Source of the DNA: Planctomycetota bacterium | GTDB taxonomy: Bacteria; Planctomycetota; UBA8108; SXIK01 | Reading direction: 5' to 3' | Assembly (NCBI GenBank): GCA_965223265.1 | Contig: OZ244999.1 | Location: forward strand, 4,192,001 to 4,256,000 | Length of the DNA: 64,000 nucleotides | Shown: piece after piece, positions 22,266 through 32,137 of the stretch | Layout: each line of letters opens with the position of its first letter | How positions within the stretch are numbered: position 1 is the first letter of the stretch | Position numbers and translations under genes: made by a program | The notes under the pieces: generated by a model | Told to the model about the DNA's origin: nothing | Database searches by the model: none | The model's input: only the letters and a program-made list of their open reading frames with translations

Positions 22266-22459
22266 GCCGCTTCGTCACCGTTGATGCACGCATCTCGTCG
22301 GTACTCAGCGACGGGTTTCGAGCAGACGGTACAAGTCCAAGGCATTGTTCGTGCCCTGCAATGCGACGGGTCTCGAGGTCACCAGAACTCGCTGACAACA
22401 TGCTCAGGCGTGGCTTGCCTCCGTCGGCGAGGGCGTTTCGACTCCGACGAATTGACCCC

Positions 22460-23854
22460 TTACAGCAACTCTCTGATCACCGAACCGCCTTCGGTGACGA
22501 TCGGCACTGGACGACCCTGGGGGTTCACCCAGTGTGCCTGCGTGTCGATGCCGAGGAAGTGGAACACCGTCGCCGCGAGGTCAGATGGGGACACCGGACG
22601 ACGAGTGATCGCGCCGCCCTTTGCATCCGTTGCCCCGATGACCTGGCCGTGCCGCAGGCCACCGCCTGCCACCAGCATCGACATCACCGGGAGCCAGTGG
22701 TCGCGTCCCGCGTCCTTATTGATGAAAGGCGCACGGCCGAACTCGCCGAGCATCAAGACGAGCGTGCTGTCGAGGAGCCCGCGGGCTTCTAGGTCTGTGA
22801 TCAGCGCGTAGAGTGTGCGGTCGATCGTCGGCAGGATCGGCGTGAGGCCCTTCTCGATGCCGCCCCAGCGGACGCTGTCGCCATGGTGATCAAAGTATCC
22901 CCAGGCGCCGCTGACGAGGACATACGTGACGCCAGCCTCGACCAGTCGGCGCGCGACGAGGGCCTTCTCGCCGATGCTATCGCGGCCGTAGGCGTCGCGC
23001 ATGGTCTCCGGTTCCTGCTCGAGCTCGAACGCTCTTTGAGCCCGTCCCGACAGCACCATTTCGAAAGCCCGTTGGCTGTAGTGGTCGAGTTTCGCCATCG
23101 TGTCTCCGCGGTCGACGGTACGCGAGAGCCGATCGAACTGCAGGCGCAGGCTATTGCGGTCTTCGAGACGGTCGAGGCGAATTTCCGGCGGAAATGCGAA
23201 GCGTCCGGCGAGCTCCGCCCCCTTCACCGGTTCGAACTCACTGCCCAGGTGTCCGGCACCCCAAACGTCAGCACGCATCGAGTCCGCCATACCGACGAAT
23301 GCGGGCATGTCAGGGTTGTTCGGGCCGCGGAACCTTGCCGCCACCGAACCCATCGACGGGTAGCCGCCGCCATCGCGGCCATCATTCGTCCGCCGCGCCA
23401 GCGGGTTGCCGGCCTGCAGCGTGATCGGGGTATGGTTACTTGCCAGACAGTCCACCGAGCGAATCACCGTCAGCTTGTCCATGATGCTCGCCTGGCGTGG
23501 CAAGTGCTCGGAGAAGCGGATCCCGGGGACATTCGTCGCGATGCTACCGAAGGGGCCGCGGCTTTCGACCGGTGCATCTGGCTTCGGATCCCACATGTCG
23601 ACCTGACTGGGACCACCCGAAAGCCAAAAGAGGATGACGCTCTTCGGGTCGTTGGACGCGGGAGTGTGTGCCGCGGCTTCAGCCTGGGCCCTCAAGATCG
23701 AAGGAAGAGACAGCCCTGCCACGCCAGCGAGCCCAGTCTGGAGAAACCAGCGGCGGGACGAACCGGCGCGGATGAGGTCTCCCCCCGCCGGTCGGAGACG
23801 GGACTGAGGCGTTCCCCTGACGTGCTCGAGATCGTGAGCAATCTTGGCTCTCAT
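22460..23854 (-). CDS. DUF1501 family protein
   Basis: SRRWFL Tat motif; WLSGGPSQVDMWDPKP; GEFGRAP; GRDHW. Confidence 0.92.
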   Translation of the reverse strand: MRAKIAHDLEHVRGTPQSRLRPAGGDLIRAGSSRRWFLQTGLAGVAGLSLPSILRAQAEAAAHTPASNDPKSVILFWLSGGPSQVDMWDPKPDAPVESRGPFGSIATNVPGIRFSEHLPRQASIMDKLTVIRSVDCLASNHTPITLQAGNPLARRTNDGRDGGGYPSMGSVAARFRGPNNPDMPAFVGMADSMRADVWGAGHLGSEFEPVKGAELAGRFAFPPEIRLDRLEDRNSLRLQFDRLSRTVDRGDTMAKLDHYSQRAFEMVLSGRAQRAFELEQEPETMRDAYGRDSIGEKALVARRLVEAGVTYVLVSGAWGYFDHHGDSVRWGGIEKGLTPILPTIDRTLYALITDLEARGLLDSTLVLMLGEFGRAPFINKDAGRDHWLPVMSMLVAGGGLRHGQVIGATDAKGGAITRRPVSPSDLAATVFHFLGIDTQAHWVNPQGRPVPIVTEGGSVIRELL

Positions 23855-24005
23855 GAGTGCCTCCGGCGTGAATTGAGCGTTCTATAGCTCTGCGCAGGAT
23901 TATACGAATTCTACCGACTGGATTGCGAGCCTGGGGGTCTCATCAAGCCACCGAATTCGCGGGCTGGCGACCACAGATCGTCCAAAAAATCGCACTGCGG
24001 GCCAC

Positions 24006-25661
24006 TCACTCCGGCTTCTTGAGCCCAAGCTTCTTCATCCGCGACGAAAGCGTCGTTGGATTCACTCCGAGCAGCTCAGCCGCACCTCCCGTGCCGTAGA
24101 TCTTCCAGCGTGACTTGGTGAGTGCATTCAAAATGTTGTCGTGTTCACGTCGTCGCATCTCATCATCTGGGATCACTTCGGCATCAGAGTCTTCGCTGCT
24201 CCTCGGCACGCCGTCCGTCACCGAACTTGTTGCAGAGATCGGGCCCGAAGCCGGTCTCGACACCGCCGAAGACGGAGTCAATTCGTCGAGACGCAAGTCA
24301 CCCGAGCGCGAGAGAATGACGGCCCTTTCCATGACGTTCTGCAGTTCACGGACATTTCCAGGCCAGTCGTAGCTCTGCAGTCGCATGACATTCGCCTGCG
24401 TGAGTCGAGGACGTGCGAGGTTGAACTTCTTCGCCCCAGAGTTGAGAAAATGGCTGGCAAGCAGGGGAATGTCCTCCTTTCGCTCGCGAAGCGGCACGAC
24501 TTCCACCGGGAAGACGTTGAGCCTGTAGTAGAGGTCTTGGCGAAAACGCCCCTCGGTGACCTCCTCCTTAAGGTTTCGATTCGTCGCTGCGACGATTCGC
24601 ACGTTCACGTTCCGTGTCCTTTCCTCGCCGACGCGCTCAAACTGCCCTTCCTGCAAGACTCTGAGCAGCTTACTTTGCAGTTCGAGTGGAATCTCCCCCA
24701 CTTCATCGAGGAAGAGTGTTCCCCCGTCCGCGAGCTCGAACCGTCCCGTCCGATCCTTGACAGCCCCGGTGAACGCTCCTTTGACGTGACCGAAAAACTC
24801 GCTCTCGTAGAGTTCTTTGGGAATGGACGCGCAGTTGACTTTGATGAGCGGTCGATCATGTCGCGGGCTTTGTTTGTGGATTTCCCGGGCGACGAGTTCC
24901 TTGCCAGTTCCGGACTCGCCGAGGATCAGCACACTCGCTTCGGTCGGCGCGACAAGCTCGATCTGTTCGAGTACCTGCCGCAAGCCGGCACTCTCTCCGA
25001 TGATGTCACCGAATGCCTTCGCCTCGGTCACTTCTTCCTTCAGGTAGGCGTTTTCGAGTTCGAGCTGGGCGCGGAGCTGCTCGATCTCTTCGAAGGCGCG
25101 AGCATTGGCGATGGCCGAAGCTGCGTGGTCTGCGATCATCCGCAGCCACACGAAGCCCTCGTGAACGAACGGAACGCGCGTGAAGACGGCGATGACCCCG
25201 AGCACCTCTCCCTTGAAGACCAGAGGCTGCCCGCCGAAGCCCCGGATCCCTTCGTCTTCAGCCCACTGCGGTCGCGCCAGCCACCGGCTGTCCTGACCCA
25301 CGTCGGCAACCTCGACCGGCTTCCCCGTCGCGGCGATGTGACCCACCTTCCGCACACCAATCGGAAAACGTCTGAAGTCCCCGTCGAGCCGCGACCAATC
25401 GCCGCCAGCATTTGAGAGCGACTGGCCGGCGCTTACCACGAGGTGCAGGCACGAGGTTTGATCCGGGCATGTCTCTCGCATCGGACACGAGTCACAAATG
25501 TCACCGGCTTTCACGAGCCAGATTCGCACTAAAGCAGTGTGCGTTCGTGCTGCGAGACGGCTGACGATCAAATCGAGCAGCGCGTCAAGGGATCTCTCCT
25601 GCGCCATGTCGAGGAGCAGGCACTTGAGTGATTCAAACTCCCCTTCGGTCTCGGTACTCAT
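24006..25661 (-). CDS. GAF-domain sigma54-dependent activator (FhlA-like)
   Basis: Cys-rich GAF ([19 protein letters not shown]), [30 protein letters not shown], Fis-type HTH; start placed at ATG 25661. Confidence 0.92.
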   Translation of the reverse strand: MSTETEGEFESLKCLLLDMAQERSLDALLDLIVSRLAARTHTALVRIWLVKAGDICDSCPMRETCPDQTSCLHLVVSAGQSLSNAGGDWSRLDGDFRRFPIGVRKVGHIAATGKPVEVADVGQDSRWLARPQWAEDEGIRGFGGQPLVFKGEVLGVIAVFTRVPFVHEGFVWLRMIADHAASAIANARAFEEIEQLRAQLELENAYLKEEVTEAKAFGDIIGESAGLRQVLEQIELVAPTEASVLILGESGTGKELVAREIHKQSPRHDRPLIKVNCASIPKELYESEFFGHVKGAFTGAVKDRTGRFELADGGTLFLDEVGEIPLELQSKLLRVLQEGQFERVGEERTRNVNVRIVAATNRNLKEEVTEGRFRQDLYYRLNVFPVEVVPLRERKEDIPLLASHFLNSGAKKFNLARPRLTQANVMRLQSYDWPGNVRELQNVMERAVILSRSGDLRLDELTPSSAVSRPASGPISATSSVTDGVPRSSEDSDAEVIPDDEMRRREHDNILNALTKSRWKIYGTGGAAELLGVNPTTLSSRMKKLGLKKPE

Positions 25662-25672
25662 GCAGTCAATTT

Positions 25673-25709
25673 CCATGAACTCTCGTGGCCCTTCAACGGC
25701 TTTTCGTGG
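25673..25709. promoter_or_regulatory. Tandem palindromic activator sites (putative UAS)
   Basis: CCATGAACTCTCGTGG and CAACGGCTTTTCGTGG, 90-125 bp upstream of the sigma54 box. Confidence 0.5.
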
Positions 25710-25797
25710 CGAGGGGTGGCATCTCGCGATCGCGCGCGGGGTGCGGCTGAGCTCACAACTTACTCTTGAACCATGTTTTACAGAGCGCACGAGCCAA

Positions 25798-25813
25798 TGG
25801 CACGCGCCGTGCT
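25798..25813 (+). promoter_or_regulatory. Sigma54 -24/-12 promoter
   Basis: TGGCACGCGCCGTGCT (GG-N10-GC), about 50 bp upstream of the AhpD-like gene and divergent from a sigma54 activator. Confidence 0.75.
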
Positions 25814-25864
25814 CTCCCTTCCATCGCTTTTGCTCGCCCAAGGTACACCCAATGGAGACATGAC

Positions 25865-26404
25865 ATGACCCAGCTCAAAACCGTCGATCCCAATGCGTCG
25901 CCGCCAAAGACCAAGGATCTTCTGGATGGAATCCAGACGCGACTCGGGATGGTCCCAAACATTCTCGCGGCCATGGCGAACTCGCCGGCGGCACTCGAGG
26001 CCTACACAACCTTCAGTAACGCACTTTCGAACGGCGAACTGCCGGCGAAGCTGCGCGAGCAAATCGCACTTGTCGTAGCGGAAGCAAACGACTGCGACTA
26101 CTGCGTGGCGGCGCACAGCGCGGCCGGGAAAGCACTCGGCCTGAGCGACGAGCAGATTCGCGACAGCCGCGCCGGAAGCTTTCCCGAGCGCAGAGTCGAT
26201 GCAGCGCTCCGCTTTGCGCTGGAGCTGGTCGAGAAACGCGGCTGGGTGGACGAGCAAAGCGTCTCTCGATTGCGCGCCGCCGGATTCGGCGACGGCGAAA
26301 TCGTGGAAATCGTGGCCAACACGGCGTTCCACATCTTCATGAATTACTTCGACCACGTGGCGAGGCCGCGACTCGATTTTCCAAAGGCATCTGACCTGGC
26401 GTAA
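25865..26404 (+). CDS. AhpD/CMD family peroxidase-related protein
   Basis: GMVPNI...MANSP.AL, REQIALVVAEANDCDYCVAAH; GGAGA RBS. Confidence 0.9.
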   Translation: MTQLKTVDPNASPPKTKDLLDGIQTRLGMVPNILAAMANSPAALEAYTTFSNALSNGELPAKLREQIALVVAEANDCDYCVAAHSAAGKALGLSDEQIRDSRAGSFPERRVDAALRFALELVEKRGWVDEQSVSRLRAAGFGDGEIVEIVANTAFHIFMNYFDHVARPRLDFPKASDLA

Positions 26405-26437
26405 TCGCCAATTGTTGAGAGCCGAAAGGAGCCATCC

Positions 26438-27175
26438 ATGTCCCTACAAACCAACACAGCGTTGATTACCGGTGCCTCCAGCGGCATCGGTTTGGACATC
26501 GCTCGCGCCTTCGCTGCCAAAGGAGTGAATGTCGTCATCAACGGTCGCGACGAAAGCAAGCTCATGCAAGTGGCGGAGCAGTTAGGGCCTGCAGACAAGG
26601 TTGCCGCTGTCGCCGGGAACATCGGCGATTCCGAAACCGGCCAGGCGATGGTGAGCATCGCCGTCGAGCGATTCGGGAGTGTCGACGTGCTCGTCAACAA
26701 TGCGGGGACCTTCGGCGTCAAGCCTTTCGTCGACGTCACCCAGGCCGATCTCGACGGATACTTGAGCGGCAATCTCAAAGGCACTTATCTCACGACGCAG
26801 GCAGCTGTTCGTCAGATGCAGCGTGAAGGAGGTGGTGCGATCGTCAACATCGGCACCGTGCTCGTCGATCACGGCATGTCTGGCCTGCCGGCGTCCGCGG
26901 CGCTCGTCTCAAAGGGTGGCATCCACGCACTCACGATCAGCCTTGCCGCCGAACTGGCAAGCGACAACATCCGCGTCAACGCCGTCGCCCCTGGTGTGAT
27001 CCGAACTCCCATCTACGCGGGCGCCGACGTCGACGTTTTTGGGGACGTCGCGCTTCTCAACCGCGTCGGTGAAGTCAACGAAACCACCGAAGCTGTGCTC
27101 TACCTCGCCAACGCCAACTTCACGACCGGACACATTCTGCGCGTCGACGGCGGCTATGTCACGGGTCGGCGCTGA
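26438..27175 (+). CDS. SDR oxidoreductase
   Basis: TGASSGIG, NNAG, IRVNAVAPG, VDGG; the catalytic Tyr appears replaced (ALVSK). Confidence 0.9.
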   Translation: MSLQTNTALITGASSGIGLDIARAFAAKGVNVVINGRDESKLMQVAEQLGPADKVAAVAGNIGDSETGQAMVSIAVERFGSVDVLVNNAGTFGVKPFVDVTQADLDGYLSGNLKGTYLTTQAAVRQMQREGGGAIVNIGTVLVDHGMSGLPASAALVSKGGIHALTISLAAELASDNIRVNAVAPGVIRTPIYAGADVDVFGDVALLNRVGEVNETTEAVLYLANANFTTGHILRVDGGYVTGRR

Positions 27176-27232
27176 AGAGTAGACGAGCGCGTCATAGGCG
27201 GTGAGCAGCGATTTCGACTCGCGACGACGTGT

Positions 27233-27325
27233 GTCGACGCATCGAGGTCCGAGACAGCGCCCCCGACCGTACGATGAGCGCTCGAGGTCCGCGGGGTTGA
27301 TCCGCGTCATCCGCACCCAGCTTCG
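27233..27325 (-). pseudogene. Remnant of an FGE-domain gene 3' end
   Basis: Translates SW.....INPADLERSSYGRGRCLGPRCV, matching SWIGPADLARSSYRRGRPPLARGRCLGFRCV at the end of 28142-29428. Confidence 0.6.
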
Positions 27326-27511
27326 GCGGACAAGTCTCGCATGCTGTGTGGCCTCGGTCGAGCACTCGGGTGAGTTCTCATCGGGACGTCTTCCGCTCCG
27401 TTTCAAAGTTGGCTATTATCGATCGCGATCGTATCGCTCGCTCGGGGTCGACAGAATCGTCTGGACCCTGAACGCCATATCGTGTGTACAGGAAAAGAAA
27501 GGGGTGCACGG

Positions 27512-27766
27512 ATGTACAGTTCACGCGACGTCACGCCGACTACGGAGACGCGCCGACGACCGACCGTTCGCTACGCGCGTCTCACGGTTCTGGCCTTACT
27601 CTTCGGCGCGCTCATCGGAGTCACTGGCTGCTCTGTATTTACGGGCCAGATAGAAGTGACCGGCACAGACCAGCGGCTCATCGTTGGTCACGACGCCTGG
27701 CCGTTCAAGCGCATCTGGGTACTCGAGAACGGTAAGTTTCACAACGTCAATGTGAGGTTCCAATGA
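27512..27766 (+). CDS. Small predicted lipoprotein
   Basis: Basic N-region, hydrophobic stretch, VTGC lipobox; stop overlaps the next ATG. Confidence 0.55.
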   Translation: MYSSRDVTPTTETRRRPTVRYARLTVLALLFGALIGVTGCSVFTGQIEVTGTDQRLIVGHDAWPFKRIWVLENGKFHNVNVRFQ

Positions 27767-27975
27767 ACAGAACGATTCGAAGATTGGTTACCTCCGCGAT
27801 TCTTCTCGGCAGCTTCGTGACGATGCTCGGTTGCAGCGCGTTCACGTCAATCAGCCGCGACACGAATGGGGATTACGTCATCACAGGCTGGGAGGCACCG
27901 GGGCCTCACGGCATCGTGTGGATTTGTGACTATGACCCAGCGACGAAAACGTTGACTGTGAAAGAGAGGTACTAA
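27763..27975 (+). CDS. Small predicted lipoprotein
   Basis: MNRTIRR plus hydrophobic stretch plus MLGC lipobox; ATGA coupling. Confidence 0.6.
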   Translation: MNRTIRRLVTSAILLGSFVTMLGCSAFTSISRDTNGDYVITGWEAPGPHGIVWICDYDPATKTLTVKERY

Positions 27976-28141
27976 CTCAACAGCCCGTTGGAAAAGTCAT
28001 TCGGCCGAACAAACTCTTCGCGCCCAGCTCGACCGCGTCAATACTCGCCATCAGAATCGAAAGAAGAGGGCCGGAAGATTGCCTGCGTTTGCCGCGGCCG
28101 ATCTGGACGCGAAGAGACCATTTTCGGCTCGAAGCATTTTA

Positions 28142-29428
28142 TCAACAGGCTGTCAGGCTCCCCACACACCGAAAACCGAGACAACGCCCCCGCGCGAGTG
28201 GAGGGCGCCCTCGACGGTATGACGAACGAGCGAGGTCCGCGGGGCCGATCCAGCTGCCGCCGCGCTCGCTCTTGACTCCGGTCGAGCCTCTGCACACCGC
28301 GTTCGTCTGACGTGCCGTGTCCGCTGCGTAGAACGCGGGATCGTAGTCATCTCGGCACCAATGCCAAACGTTCCCGGCCATGTGTCGAAGGCCGAAAGGC
28401 GAGAGTCCCAGTTGCTCGTTGACGTCCGCCAGCGGGAGATCCTGCAGACTGTATCTCTGGCGCCAGCGGTGGCACGCGACGCGCGCTCGCTCCGGGGTCG
28501 CATCTTCGTCGCCCCAGGGAAACCGTCGCCTGGTCGCGCCACGAGCCGCGTACTCCCACTGAGCTTCCGACGGCAGGCAGCTCAGGTCCGTCGCGTCGTC
28601 TCGCCAGTCCAAGCCGTTCGCCCACAGCGAGTAGGCGTTCGCCCCATACCAGGAGACGAGAACGACCGGCCACTGCTCCGTGCCTCGAACCGGCTCCCAA
28701 ACGCTGCCGCGCTTCTTGATGGGAGCGTGCTCCACGCGACGATCTCCAGGCGCTAGGACAAACCAACGACCTAGCGTTTCCGAGTTCGCGATCGAAATCG
28801 AGTTCAGAAATCGAGCAAAAGCCGTCGTCGAGACAGGCTCAACGTCGATCAGAAATGCGTCGAGCTTCACCTCGTGTAGCGGCTGCTCATCGGCGTGGGC
28901 GCCGTCCTCGGCCGCACCGATCTCCACCGTAGCGCTCGGCACGAGCACGCACTGCATACCATCCGTTTGGCGGCGAAAAAGCGCGAAGCCCTGATCATTC
29001 TCGCCGAGCGGATCGTAGAGGTCCTGCTGGTCTCGCGCAGCGTCCGAGGCTACCCCTCCAAGCTGGGTGAAGAGCGCCTTCGCGCCCGGTCGCAGCTTCT
29101 CCGACGCTTTCGTCCACTCGCTCCGCTCCAGGTAGCCCGCTTGCGACTGCAGATAGATAGTCTCCGCGAGATCCCTGATCCGGAAAGGCGCCCGGGTAAA
29201 AACCTGCTTGCAGACCGGATTCTCGGGTTTGTCGGGAAGCCGGACATCGAACGCCTCTTCGAGTTCCATGACGAGCTCGATCAACGCCAGGCTATCCATT
29301 CCCAGATCACCCAAAATCGTCAGGTCGAGGTGCAGCTCGCGTCGATCGACGCCCGTGTGCTTCGCGACCACGTCGCAGACACGACGTTCGATCTCTGCGA
29401 GTGAAGGCGGTGTGGAAAACTCGCTCAT
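28142..29428 (-). CDS. Acyl carrier protein domain fused to an FGE/SUMF1-like domain
   Basis: N-terminal DLGMDSLALIELVMELEEAFDV; C-terminal PVVLVSW, LPSEAQWEYAARG, SPFGL.HMAGNVW.W, RGGSW, GFRC. Confidence 0.85.
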   Translation of the reverse strand: MSEFSTPPSLAEIERRVCDVVAKHTGVDRRELHLDLTILGDLGMDSLALIELVMELEEAFDVRLPDKPENPVCKQVFTRAPFRIRDLAETIYLQSQAGYLERSEWTKASEKLRPGAKALFTQLGGVASDAARDQQDLYDPLGENDQGFALFRRQTDGMQCVLVPSATVEIGAAEDGAHADEQPLHEVKLDAFLIDVEPVSTTAFARFLNSISIANSETLGRWFVLAPGDRRVEHAPIKKRGSVWEPVRGTEQWPVVLVSWYGANAYSLWANGLDWRDDATDLSCLPSEAQWEYAARGATRRRFPWGDEDATPERARVACHRWRQRYSLQDLPLADVNEQLGLSPFGLRHMAGNVWHWCRDDYDPAFYAADTARQTNAVCRGSTGVKSERGGSWIGPADLARSSYRRGRPPLARGRCLGFRCVGSLTAC

Positions 29429-29496
29429 GTGTCTACCTCAATTTCATTGCGCCCGCCAGGCGACCACATCCGCGGATCCAAGACTCTCCGGCTCTT

Positions 29497-29576
29497 CTCT
29501 GCGCGACTCTGCGTCCTCCGTGGTGAAAGATCTTTTCTTGGAAGAAGTCCACCACAGGACGCAGAGTCGCGCAGAG
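29497..29576. repeat. Long intergenic inverted repeat
   Basis: CTCTGCGCGACTCTGCGTCCTCCGTGGTG (29497-29525) pairs with CACCACAGGACGCAGAGTCGCGCAGAG (29550-29576) with a 2-nt bulge. Confidence 0.85.
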
Positions 29577-29614
29577 TGAGAGTGAAGAGAATCTCAAGAA
29601 AATCCTAAGTTGAG

Positions 29615-29641
29615 TGAATCCGCCCCGCGCGATCGCGCGTA
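29615..29641 (+). promoter_or_regulatory. Putative ECF sigma promoter for the DUF4331 gene
   Basis: TGAATCC-N16-CGTA about 70 bp upstream of the start; resembles the ATCC-N16-CGTA type of ECF promoter. Confidence 0.5.
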
Positions 29642-29712
29642 CTGAACTACAAAGCGTCGCGACGTAGCTGACTGATTCGATCTGCAAACTCACTCTTCTT
29701 GGAGACCTCACG

Positions 29713-31170
29713 ATGTCCCGAAAATCAATCTCTGTCCCGGTGCTGATTCTCAGCCTCTTCGCTGCAGGCCAAGCAAGGGCCGCCAGCCACAGTGATGCTC
29801 CGCGCATCAAGCAAGATCCGCAAGCCAACATAACAGACGTCTATGCATTTATCGGCGAACGCTACAACGACCCGAGCCGCCGGGTCCTGAATGTGATCGT
29901 CCAAGTACGCCCGTTCTCCGAGCCCGGCGATGGGCCCCACTACGAACGATTCGCCGATGACGCGCGCTACAGCATTCACATAACAAGCCCGACGACGGGC
30001 AGAACGCTGATGCGCTACGACTTTCACTTCTCCGAAATCGACGGCGACGTGAAGAATCCCGACACGATTCTTTCGTACGGCTTCGCGAATGAAGCCGGAC
30101 CCATTCAGGAGATCGGAGACGCGCGTCAGAACTTCACGCAAACCTATTGGGTTGGACGCGTTGGTGAAGGATCCGAATGGACTCTTGGTACAGACCTACT
30201 CACCGCCCCACCGAACGCTGGCGGCAACGTCACGCCGAGCTACAACGATGCGGACGGACGCGCAGTCTCCGGAGCAGTCGACTTCGCAAGCCTCGACGTC
30301 TACACGCAGCAAGCCATCCAGGAGCTCCCGAACGGCGAGGTGGTCTTCGCCGGCTCTCGCGACGACGGTTTCTACGCTGACATCCCTGGAATCTTCGATC
30401 TGCTCAACGTACGAATCCTCGACAACAACGGCAACCTCGAGGACGGTCTCGGACAGGACGGCGGCGGTGTCGACGGCTTCAAAGGGTTCAACGTGCTGTC
30501 CTACGCCATTCAGATTCCTGTTGAAATGCTCCCTGCCAGCGACTTCGACACTGTATTCTTCGGAGAACAGGTCGGTGTTGGCGTCTACGCTTCGGTGAGC
30601 CGACGCGCGGTGCGCAAACTCAAAGCAGACGGTACGCGTCGCCATAGCGGTCCTTGGGTCCAGGTGAACCGCATGGGAAACCCCGTGTTCAACGAGGCCT
30701 TCGTTCCTCTGCGTGACAAAGACCGCTACAACGTCACCTCACCGGTGAACGACGCCCAGTTCGCGACGTACGCACGAAACCCCGAACTGGCGTTTCTCAT
30801 CAACACCCTCTATGGACTCACCATCCCTGAGGGTGGTCGTGAAGACCTCGTCGCGATCTTCATTCCGGACGTCCTCCGAGTCGTCACAACCACAGGCCCG
30901 GTGACTCTGGCTGGTCAACCGGGTTTCCGTCGGCTCGGTTTCCTTCAAGGGGACAACACGGCTGGCATCTCCAGCGGATTCCCCAATGGTCGCCGATTAG
31001 GCGACGACGTGATCGACGTCGCACTGACGGCCCTCGCGAGTGGACCAACATTCGAAGCAATCACCGTCGTCGGCGACAACGTTGCTGCAAATGACGTTCC
31101 CTTCCTGCAGGTGTTCCCTTACTCGGCGACGCCTCACTCCGGCACGAACAATCGGAAAGACCCCGAGTGA
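29713..31170 (+). CDS. DUF4331 family exported protein
   Basis: Signal peptide then ASHSDAP...DPQANITDVYAF; FAGSRDDGFY; QVNRMGNP; GFPNGRRLGDDVID; FPY.A.PH. Confidence 0.9.
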   Translation: MSRKSISVPVLILSLFAAGQARAASHSDAPRIKQDPQANITDVYAFIGERYNDPSRRVLNVIVQVRPFSEPGDGPHYERFADDARYSIHITSPTTGRTLMRYDFHFSEIDGDVKNPDTILSYGFANEAGPIQEIGDARQNFTQTYWVGRVGEGSEWTLGTDLLTAPPNAGGNVTPSYNDADGRAVSGAVDFASLDVYTQQAIQELPNGEVVFAGSRDDGFYADIPGIFDLLNVRILDNNGNLEDGLGQDGGGVDGFKGFNVLSYAIQIPVEMLPASDFDTVFFGEQVGVGVYASVSRRAVRKLKADGTRRHSGPWVQVNRMGNPVFNEAFVPLRDKDRYNVTSPVNDAQFATYARNPELAFLINTLYGLTIPEGGREDLVAIFIPDVLRVVTTTGPVTLAGQPGFRRLGFLQGDNTAGISSGFPNGRRLGDDVIDVALTALASGPTFEAITVVGDNVAANDVPFLQVFPYSATPHSGTNNRKDPE

Positions 31171-31265
31171 CCCTTTCCTATGACGGCGGAGCGCCGTGAG
31201 CAGTCCGAACGGTTCACCAGCTCCGCCGTCCCCCTTCGCCTATCAACACCCGCAAAGGAGTCAAC

Positions 31266-32075
31266 ATGAACTACGCAAGAGCAATTCCCTCGCTGTCCGC
31301 TCTGCTCCTCTCGACGACCGTTACCGTCTCCATCGCCGCTCACGAGTTTTGGATAGAACCCGCGTCCCACCGCGTCGAAGCCGGTCAACTCCTTCGCGCT
31401 AGTTTGAGGGTCGGCGAACGATTTCAAGGCAAGACCGTGGCACGCGACGAAACAGTGATTAAGCGTTTCTCTCTGTTCGACCGCGAAGGCGAACACGCAG
31501 TTGTCGGGCGCTCCGGGTCTCCCGTCCATCTCGTGCGCGCCCAAGGTGTCGGCGTCGGCGTCTTGGCTTACCGCAGCCACCGGAGCTCTCATCGTATGGA
31601 CGCCGATCAATTCGAACGGTACCTCCGTGGAGAGGGGCTCGACTTTGTCATCAAACGCCGCGCGGTGTTGAATGAGTCCGACGCGCCCGGGAGGGAGGTG
31701 TACTCGCGCTGCGCCAAGGCGCTGGTGCTGATCGGAAAGGGCGACGACGTCGAGAATGGGTATGACCGACGTGTCGGCCACCCCCTGGAAATCGTCCCGA
31801 ACACGAGCCCGTTCGCTCTGGCAGCTGGTGAAACGCTGCGGTTCCAGGTCCTCTTCCACGGCCAACCGCTAGCAGGTTCCAAGGTGGTCTTCGTGAACCA
31901 ACGCGAACCGAGAAAGCTTCGCACTTCAGTCACAGATGCCAGCGGCAAAGTCGAGCTTCAACCAATCACGTCGGGACGCTGGATGGTAACGACGATTCAC
32001 ATGACGCGCGCGCCGAGAGACGTTGACGCTGACTGGGAGAGTCTTTGGGCGTCATTGACGTTTGAAACCCGATAA
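31266..32075 (+). CDS. DUF4198 family exported protein
   Basis: Signal peptide then AHEFWIEP, EVYSRCAKAL, LEIVP..P, WESLWASLTF. Confidence 0.85.
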   Translation: MNYARAIPSLSALLLSTTVTVSIAAHEFWIEPASHRVEAGQLLRASLRVGERFQGKTVARDETVIKRFSLFDREGEHAVVGRSGSPVHLVRAQGVGVGVLAYRSHRSSHRMDADQFERYLRGEGLDFVIKRRAVLNESDAPGREVYSRCAKALVLIGKGDDVENGYDRRVGHPLEIVPNTSPFALAAGETLRFQVLFHGQPLAGSKVVFVNQREPRKLRTSVTDASGKVELQPITSGRWMVTTIHMTRAPRDVDADWESLWASLTFETR

Positions 32076-32137
32076 CCACCCGTGACTGAGCTGGTGATTG
32101 CACTCGCCGCAGACGCAGGCAGAGACGGAGATACGAG

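Noticed and set aside
27233-28260. DGR template/variable repeat pair
   Set aside because: Mismatches are not adenine-specific, there is an internal deletion, and no reverse transcriptase is in the window.
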